Below are positions 57,633 through 64,000 of a DNA stretch of 64,000 bases, one piece after another. The position numbers were made by a program, and so were the translations under genes. Each line of letters opens with the position of its first letter. The stretch's first letter is position 1. Below the pieces are notes generated by a model, which saw only the letters and a list, made by a program, of their open reading frames with translations, did no database searches and was not told the DNA's origin. The DNA comes from an uncultured Candidatus Saccharibacteria bacterium (GTDB taxonomy: Bacteria > Patescibacteriota > Minisyncoccia > UBA6257 > JACOXY01): contig CAYHMC010000003.1 of NCBI GenBank assembly GCA_964357615.1, positions 34,678 to 98,677 on the forward strand. Direction: 5' to 3'.

Positions 57633-59315
57633 CTACCAATTTAAAGGACCGGTTATCCTTTCCACCTCATCTAAAGTAGTAATCCCTAGAAGAGCTCGCA
57701 AAATACCCGCCTGCTGAATTGTTACAATACCCAATGATTTAGTAGCGGTCTTTATATCAACATCGGTTACTTCTTTTGAAATCAGCTGACTTACTAAGTC
57801 GGTTACTTTTAGAATTTCCATTATGGCAATTCTTCCTTTGTAACCTATGCCATTACAAGCGCTACAACCCACTGGTTGGTATAAAATTATATTTTTATAT
57901 TTATCTTGTGGCACCGTGCTGGGGAGAGACTGTAAAAATGTAGAAATTTTAGGTTTGAATTTTTCTGTTGCCTCGGTTTGAGGTTTTTTGCATTTATCAC
58001 AAAGACGCCTAACTAAACGCTGTGCGATTATTAAATTTATTGCCGGTCCCATAATAGCTGGCTTTGCTCCCAAATCAACAAGCCTCGGAATAGCTCCGAA
58101 AGAATCATTTGTGTGTAGTGTTGAAAATACAAGATGTCCGGTAAGTGCAGCGTTCAGTGCAATGTCTGCTGTTTCATAGTCTCTTATTTCTCCTATTAAA
58201 ATTACATCTGGGTCTTGCCTAACAATCGAACGCAATCCGCTTGCAAATGTGTAACCTGCTTCGGGGTTTACTTGGGTTTGTTCAACTCCTGGTAATTTAT
58301 ATTCAATCGGGTCTTCTATGGTAATCATTTTGTCCTCTGGTTTATTTACATGAACTAAAAAAGCGTATAGTGTTGTGGTTTTCCCTGAGCCAGTTGGTCC
58401 AGTGTTTAAAATCATTCCATTGGGTCGCTGAAGTTCTACTTCGATAATCTTAAGGTCTTCGTCGTTTAGGCCAAGGTCTTTTAGAGAAAGTAAAATTGTA
58501 TCTGGATCAAGAACTCTTAAAACTACGGTTTCTCCGTATTCAGACGGGAGAGCTGACGCCCTAATTTCGATTGTTTTTTTACCCATCTTCACCGAGAATC
58601 TTCCATCCTGAGCTGCATTGTGAATATTAAGTTTCATTGATGCAAGAAGTTTAATTCGCGAGAGCACCAAAAAATATTCTGACTGTGGAAAACCAGAATA
58701 TATTTCATGCAACAAACCATCAATACGAAGTCTAAATTTTACTCCTTCTTGTTCTGGTTCTAAATGAATATCGGATGCTTTAAGAGAAAGGGCTGCGGCA
58801 AGTACAATTTCTAAAACCTGTCCCGTGGCAACCTGCGACTTCAGAGCACTATCAATTGTTATTCGCGTTGCCTCTAAAGAAGAAATGCTCTCTTGAAGTT
58901 TGATTAATCTATCGTTATCTATCTCAACTTTTCCAGTAATATCTCCTAATTTTTTTCCAGCCAAATCATAAAAACTCCAAACTCTTTCGATGCCAGACAT
59001 AGAACCAATTAGTATGTCTATTTTTTTTGCTTTTTTAAGTAGTTGGTCGATTGTTTTTTTTGTGTTTGGTAATGAAGGGTCATAAGCAACAACAATAAGT
59101 TTATCTCTTTTTTCAGCAAGAATTGCGCATTTTGCTTCGTGTGCTTCTTCTTTTGATAAAATCGATACGGCGCTCACTTGAATTGGTGCTGTTTTTAGAT
59201 CAATATAAGTATATCCAAGTTTTTCGGCTCTTCGCTTTGCATCGCGCTCCTCTGCCTCTCGTGACATTTTCGTCAGTTTTTCTCCTAGTTTTGGCTTTGA
59301 AGATAAAGATGACAT
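57633..59315 (-). CDS. pilB: Type IV pilus / type II secretion assembly ATPase (PilB/GspE family)
   Basis: Walker A GPTGSGKTTT, an Asp box, a His box, and a C-terminal tetracysteine (CDKC…CSAC). Confidence 0.85.
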   Translation of the reverse strand: MSSLSSKPKLGEKLTKMSREAEERDAKRRAEKLGYTYIDLKTAPIQVSAVSILSKEEAHEAKCAILAEKRDKLIVVAYDPSLPNTKKTIDQLLKKAKKIDILIGSMSGIERVWSFYDLAGKKLGDITGKVEIDNDRLIKLQESISSLEATRITIDSALKSQVATGQVLEIVLAAALSLKASDIHLEPEQEGVKFRLRIDGLLHEIYSGFPQSEYFLVLSRIKLLASMKLNIHNAAQDGRFSVKMGKKTIEIRASALPSEYGETVVLRVLDPDTILLSLKDLGLNDEDLKIIEVELQRPNGMILNTGPTGSGKTTTLYAFLVHVNKPEDKMITIEDPIEYKLPGVEQTQVNPEAGYTFASGLRSIVRQDPDVILIGEIRDYETADIALNAALTGHLVFSTLHTNDSFGAIPRLVDLGAKPAIMGPAINLIIAQRLVRRLCDKCKKPQTEATEKFKPKISTFLQSLPSTVPQDKYKNIILYQPVGCSACNGIGYKGRIAIMEILKVTDLVSQLISKEVTDVDIKTATKSLGIVTIQQAGILRALLGITTLDEVERITGPLNW

Positions 59316-59433
59316 AATATGTAATCACTATCCCATGTTTTAAATCAAAAATCAAACCTATTTCCGTTTATTTTTAAAATACTTAGTCGGTTTGTGCTTA
59401 TTTTTTTAAAATTATAACTTATAATACTTAAAT

Positions 59434-59973
59434 ATGGCTGGTCATAGTCATTGGGCTGGAATAAAACATAAAAAAGAGGAAAAAGATCAGAAACGAGGTG
59501 TTCTTTTTTCAAAACTTTTAAAAGCAATTTCTGCGGCTGCCCAAAAAGAAACAGACCCTAATTTTAATCCTCGCCTTAGAACCGCTATAAAAAAAGCAGA
59601 AGAAGCATCTGTTCCTGAAGAAAATATTAAACGCGCCATAAACAAGGCCAGTATCGAAAATAGCGACTTAGAAGAATTATTATTTGAATCTTATGGTCCG
59701 GGTGGTGTTGCTCTTTTGATTTCAGTTATAACTTCTAGTCATAATCGTTCAGTTTCTGAAATAAAAAAAATATTAAATGACCACGGGGCTAAATGGGCAG
59801 AACCTGGAAGCGTAATTTGGATTTTTGAAGATGTGGGTCTTGGTAAAAAGCCGAGGGCTAAGTTTTTTCAAAATATCTCAGATAACGACCTTAAGCTTCT
59901 TAAGGTGTTGCTATTGGAATTATACAAAAACGATGACGTGTTTGATGTGTACTCAAACACTAAACTGGAATAA
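59434..59973 (+). CDS. yebC: YebC/PmpR (TACO1) family protein, short form
   Basis: MAGHSHWAGIKHKKEEKDQKRG…NPRLR is the DUF28 signature. 179 aa against the usual ~240. Followed by ruvC, as in the canonical operon. Confidence 0.7.
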   Translation: MAGHSHWAGIKHKKEEKDQKRGVLFSKLLKAISAAAQKETDPNFNPRLRTAIKKAEEASVPEENIKRAINKASIENSDLEELLFESYGPGGVALLISVITSSHNRSVSEIKKILNDHGAKWAEPGSVIWIFEDVGLGKKPRAKFFQNISDNDLKLLKVLLLELYKNDDVFDVYSNTKLE

Positions 59974-59991
59974 TAAAATTATTTTAACAAT

Positions 59992-60483
59992 ATGAATGAA
60001 AAAATTTCAAATGTTCTGGGTTTAGATCCAGGAACAACAAGGATAGGATTTGGTCTTATAACCAACGAAAGAACACCGAAATTAGTTTCGTGTGGGGTGC
60101 TTAAAATAAAAACAAAAAACAACGAAGAGCGCATTTTTGAAGCTATTAGCCATTTAAAACAATTATTAAAAAAATTTAAACCAGAAATAGTTGCCCTTGA
60201 AAAATTATTTTTTGTAAAAAATCAAAAAACTGGCCTTCAGGTAGCTGAGATGAGAGGAGCATTACTTTACGCAATAAAAGAAGCTGGCTTAAATGTAGTT
60301 GAGTATGGTCCAAAAGAAGTAAAGAAAAGTATCACCGGAGATGGAAATGCAGATAAATATTCCGTAGCAAAAATGGTTAAAATTACATTAAAAGAAAAAG
60401 AAATTGCCGGTCCTGATGATATTACTGATGCGCTTGCTATAGCACTAACTGCTTTTTACGATATCCGAAATAAACTAAAGTGA
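59992..60483 (+). CDS. ruvC: Crossover junction endodeoxyribonuclease RuvC
   Basis: VLGLDPGTTRIGFGLI at the N-terminus. Catalytic D/E positions are conserved. Confidence 0.85.
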   Translation: MNEKISNVLGLDPGTTRIGFGLITNERTPKLVSCGVLKIKTKNNEERIFEAISHLKQLLKKFKPEIVALEKLFFVKNQKTGLQVAEMRGALLYAIKEAGLNVVEYGPKEVKKSITGDGNADKYSVAKMVKITLKEKEIAGPDDITDALAIALTAFYDIRNKLK

Positions 60484-62904
60484 GGTTTGTCCAAACAACA
60501 CAATGTCTTTTTGAAAGGCACTATTTTGGCTATTAATTACTCTTATTGAAAGTTTGTTTTGAACTTCAATACCAGAAACAACTAAGGTTTTTTTATAAGT
60601 AATAGGGTTTTCGTTAATTAAAGCCTGGTCAATTAAAGAGTCGTTCCACAAAATTTCGAGTCGCTCTAGTTTTTGTGATATTGTTACTACGCTAAAGTCT
60701 AGATTTATTTGGTTATTTATAAAATCACCAGCTTGAGGAGAACTAACTACGATTTGTACGTTGGGATTTTCTCCAATATTATTAACCCCTTTATTATATA
60801 AATTAAAATCTACTAGGTTTTGTTTTGCCCATTCTAAGACTGGAATTTCCCAATTCCAAAACTGTGAATCTTCTTCTGGGTTTGCGGGCCCAGGTCCGGT
60901 TGGATTATTTTTATCTACATAATAAAGAATTGAGTGAACCTGTTTTTGGTTAAGATAGTCTCCGTTTAAAATGGGCTTATTCGCTATATATGGTTCTGGC
61001 TTCATAAAAGCTTCGGGTTCTTTTTGTTCTAATGCTTTATTCATAAAATCACTCCACATAGGAAGCGCAGCTAAAACACTTCCTCCGTTTTCTTGAAGTG
61101 GCTCTCTGTGATTGTTTCCCGCCCAAACACCAACGACTATACCTGGAGTATACCCAATTGCCCATGCATCAACATAATTGTTGGTAGTTCCGGTTTTTAA
61201 TGCAACCTCATGTCCTGGAAAAACTGTTAGCCTTAAAGAGTTTCCTAATAAACCCGAACGCGCATCAATATCGGACAAAATATCGTTAATCATGCGTATA
61301 TACTGCGGTTCAGCGATTTTACTAACTTCGTTTTTGTATGTTTCTAAAACTACTCCTTTGTCGTTTTTAACCTCAAGAATCATTGTTTGTATGCTTTGCA
61401 TTCCATCGTTAGCAAAAACAGTATATGCGTGAACAAGCTCTGATAAACGCACTTCGCCACCACCTAAAACCAAAGACAACCCATAACGAGACCTGTCTGT
61501 TAATGTGCTAATTCCAAACTGTTGCGCATTTTTTATAACATCATCAATTCCTGCCAAATACATAATTTTTACAGCTGGTATATTAATTGACCGCGCAAGA
61601 GCGCTTCTTAAATTCATGGGCCCTCTATATACATTTCCGAAATTTACTGGCTTATAGCTATTTTCTTTAATTTTTGTTGTATCAAACTCGGTTGGAAGGT
61701 CAAAAAGAACTGTATTTGGACTATACCCCTTAACAAAGGCGGTGTAATAAGCAAATGGTTTAAACGAAGATCCTGGTTGGCGCAATCCTTGCATTGCAAC
61801 ATTAAAATTTCCTTCATTTTCTGTGTCAAAGTAATTTTTTGAACCTACCATTGCTAAAATTTCTCCGGTTTTTGGATCTTCGACAAACATTGCTCCATTT
61901 TTACCTTTATAAAGCTCTGTATTACGATTAACATTCCTTAATACAATTTCTTCTGCAGCTTCTTGTAGTTTTAAATCTAAAGTTGTAATTACATTTAGTC
62001 CTCCTTTTTCGACTGTATCGAAACCATATTTTTTTACTAAATAATCTTGTGCTGCAATAACAAAATGAGGCGCTTTTATTGATGTTGCTTGTGGAGAAAA
62101 AACAAAACGATATTTTTCGGCGACAACGAGCTCTTGTTCATTAATAAACCCAAGTTTTTTCATTTCTTTTAAAATAAAACTTTTTCTTGTTATAAGGTTG
62201 TCTTTGTGTGAACCATACGGAGAATAATACGATGGCGCATTTGGAAGGGAAGCGAGTAGTGCTGATTCTGCGATATTTAAATCTTTTGCTTTTTTATTAA
62301 AAAATGTTTTTGCAGCTGCTTCGATTCCGTACGCATTCGACCCGTAAGGAATTTGATTAAGATAAAGATTTAGTATCTCATCTTTTGTGAATTGCTTCTC
62401 TAATCTCATAGCCAAAAAAAGTTCTTTGATTTTTCTTGTGATTGTTTTTTCTGGTGTGAGATAAGCGTTTTTTGCAAGTTGTTGAGTAATAGTAGAACCA
62501 CCTTGCTCAAATCTAATATAAACAATATTTTTTATTACTGAGCGAAGTATTGCTTTCCAGTCAAACGCAGGATGATTATAAAAACCTTGGTCTTCTATTG
62601 CTAGGGTTGCGTTTTTTACAGAATCTGGAATTTCGGTAAATGGTATAATTGTTCTTTTTTCCTCACCATGTATTTCATAAAGAACTACCTTGCCTTCTCT
62701 GTCGTACAATTTCGTCGACTGACTAACTTGATGATTAAATAAGTCTTCTTGTTTTGGAAGATTTTTATAAATTACTGCAACCGTAACAAGTGTTATTAAA
62801 GCAAAAACAAATAATAAAAAAATACCACTATAAACAAAATATTTAATAGGTTTGTTTTTAATTTTTAAAAATCTAAAGATGTTGCTTTTCTTTTTTTTAA
62901 CCAT
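60475..62904 (-). CDS. Penicillin-binding protein 1A (bifunctional transglycosylase/transpeptidase)
   Basis: GT51 motifs EDQGFYNH and RxxITQQ. TPase SxxK = SSFKP, plus KTG. N-terminal TM helix. Confidence 0.85.
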   Translation of the reverse strand: MVKKKKSNIFRFLKIKNKPIKYFVYSGIFLLFVFALITLVTVAVIYKNLPKQEDLFNHQVSQSTKLYDREGKVVLYEIHGEEKRTIIPFTEIPDSVKNATLAIEDQGFYNHPAFDWKAILRSVIKNIVYIRFEQGGSTITQQLAKNAYLTPEKTITRKIKELFLAMRLEKQFTKDEILNLYLNQIPYGSNAYGIEAAAKTFFNKKAKDLNIAESALLASLPNAPSYYSPYGSHKDNLITRKSFILKEMKKLGFINEQELVVAEKYRFVFSPQATSIKAPHFVIAAQDYLVKKYGFDTVEKGGLNVITTLDLKLQEAAEEIVLRNVNRNTELYKGKNGAMFVEDPKTGEILAMVGSKNYFDTENEGNFNVAMQGLRQPGSSFKPFAYYTAFVKGYSPNTVLFDLPTEFDTTKIKENSYKPVNFGNVYRGPMNLRSALARSINIPAVKIMYLAGIDDVIKNAQQFGISTLTDRSRYGLSLVLGGGEVRLSELVHAYTVFANDGMQSIQTMILEVKNDKGVVLETYKNEVSKIAEPQYIRMINDILSDIDARSGLLGNSLRLTVFPGHEVALKTGTTNNYVDAWAIGYTPGIVVGVWAGNNHREPLQENGGSVLAALPMWSDFMNKALEQKEPEAFMKPEPYIANKPILNGDYLNQKQVHSILYYVDKNNPTGPGPANPEEDSQFWNWEIPVLEWAKQNLVDFNLYNKGVNNIGENPNVQIVVSSPQAGDFINNQINLDFSVVTISQKLERLEILWNDSLIDQALINENPITYKKTLVVSGIEVQNKLSIRVINSQNSAFQKDIVLFGQTSL

Positions 62905-63044
62905 AAAGATTGGGGTGTTTCTCTGTTGTAGTGATTTTGTATTTATTATAACAGAACATTAATTAAAAATCCCACTAATTATTCTTGTGGTGAACAAAAA
63001 TATTAGATGGGATTTATTTTAGTTTTGTCTGTTTTAAAAATGCT

Positions 63045-63227
63045 TTATTCTTCGTTAAACTTATCGTCTCCTACTTCTAATTCTTCGTCATCTTCGTCAT
63101 CACTACTTAAATCATCGCCTGGTGGAATTACACCTTCGTCTTCGTCGCTTTCATCAGAAAGTTGCCATCCGTGTCGATTCAAAATACCTGGTAGTTCTTT
63201 TATGATTTTTGTTCCTGTGCTTGCCAT
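63045..63227 (-). CDS. Questionable small acidic protein (60 aa)
   Basis: ORF with an Asp/Glu-rich C-terminus downstream of dnaN. No SD. Confidence 0.2.
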   Translation of the reverse strand: MASTGTKIIKELPGILNRHGWQLSDESDEDEGVIPPGDDLSSDDEDDEELEVGDDKFNEE

Positions 63228-63349
63228 ATGTTTGTATTGTATATGGGTGTTTTACGACCTTTTTCCAATTTGTTATGTTTACTAATTTTAATAATATTGG
63301 TTTTTAAGAAGTATATGTTTATTTTTACTACTGTCAACCCTTGGTTTTT

Positions 63350-64000
63350 CTATTGTTTTATCGGCATTAAAATATAGAAGTATTGGTTGTTTTCTGATTG
63401 AATTAAGGCCGGACGAGAATTTCCGTTTAAAATAAATGTTGTTGTTTTTTCTTGTGTGTTTTTTAATCCGTCTAAAATAAATTGCCAATTAAAAATTATC
63501 TCATTGTTTTTTCCTTTTATTTTAGCTGGGATTGTAGTTTTAAGTTTTCCAGAACTTTTTTCAGTTGATTGAATTTCAAAGTATTTTTTTTCAAAATGAG
63601 CAATTATTTTAACTTCATAAATAGATTGATTTGACGATCCGACAAATTTTAATGCGTTAATAAATTCATTTTTATCCACTTCTATTTCTGTTTCTTTTTC
63701 TTTTGGAATAATAGAAGTGTAGTCAGGAAAATTACCTTCTAATAATCTTGATATTAGTTCTGTTTGATTGTTTTTAAATAAGATTTGGTTTTCATCTAAA
63801 AATATTTTTACAGTCTCGTCTTTTTTAAAGATTTTAATACACTCTTGTATTGTTTTTATAGGTATAATGCATTTAAATCCTTGGGTATAATTTGATTTAA
63901 AATTAGTGCTTTGTATCTTTTTTTCAGCTAAACGAAAACTATCTGTTCCAACAAGAGTTATTGAATTTAAATCAAAATTAAAAAAAACACCACTAATTTC
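63350..64000 (-). CDS. dnaN: DNA polymerase III beta subunit (sliding clamp), C-terminal portion; 5' end outside window
   Basis: The frame is open from 64000 with no stop. …LVGTDSFRLAEKKI… and FNWQFILDGLKN are typical of DnaN domains II-III. The track's start at 63679 is an internal GTG. Confidence 0.75.
   Translation of the reverse strand, partial: EISGVFFNFDLNSITLVGTDSFRLAEKKIQSTNFKSNYTQGFKCIIPIKTIQECIKIFKKDETVKIFLDENQILFKNNQTELISRLLEGNFPDYTSIIPKEKETEIEVDKNEFINALKFVGSSNQSIYEVKIIAHFEKKYFEIQSTEKSSGKLKTTIPAKIKGKNNEIIFNWQFILDGLKNTQEKTTTFILNGNSRPALIQSENNQYFYILMPIKQ

Noticed and set aside
63007-63285. 92-aa Ser-rich plus-strand ORF
   Set aside because: Extreme low complexity (poly-Ser), and antisense to the acidic ORF and the PBP1A upstream region.
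1-64000. CRISPR arrays, transposases, integrases, rRNA genes
   Set aside because: No regularly spaced direct repeats, no DDE/serine/tyrosine recombinase-like ORFs and no rRNA-like segments were found by inspection.

Overview
This 64 kb window looks like a low-GC (about 30-35% by eye), gene-dense genome with small, mostly SD-poor genes, typical of Patescibacteria/CPR-like bacteria (inferred from gene content and style only).

Housekeeping genes make up most of it:
- RNA metabolism: rnj (RNase J), a second beta-CASP MBL nuclease, two Nudix hydrolases.
- tRNA synthetases: trpS, type-2 ileS, argS.
- Translation: smpB-ssrA (tmRNA), infC-rpmI-rplT, rpsT, an ABC-F ATPase, a CsaA-like tRNA-binding protein, tRNA-Leu(CAG).
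- DNA replication, repair and recombination: polA, a partial dnaN, a family-4 UDG, ruvA, ruvB, yebC-ruvC.
- Central metabolism and envelope: pyk, PBP1A, PilB, CapA.
- Regulation and protein quality control: a PAS histidine kinase, a TrmB-type regulator, a ClpA/B-family AAA+ protein.
- Many secreted or membrane hypotheticals.

What stands out:
1. Two compositionally foreign GC-rich (about 50-55%) cassettes of five small genes each, with strong SD sites and intrinsic terminators; cassette 2 additionally has consensus sigma70 promoters. Cassette 1 is 9960..12400 on the minus strand, bracketed by a ~35-nt direct repeat. Cassette 2 is 23100..25165 on the plus strand, immediately after ssrA and preceded by a 22-nt duplicate of the ssrA 3' end (an att-like scar).
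2. IleRS carries an inserted histidine-phosphatase (PGAM-like) domain between its two zinc-knuckle CxxC pairs.
3. A ~157-nt repeat family occurs in two copies with a conserved core and covarying 20-bp terminal helices, which argues for a structured RNA.
4. Two promoter-to-hairpin intergenic units look like ~200-270 nt structured sRNAs.
5. ArgRS has a degenerate HIGH motif.
6. The Clp-like protein has a membrane anchor and a degenerate D1 ATPase.

No CRISPR array, transposase or integrase was seen.
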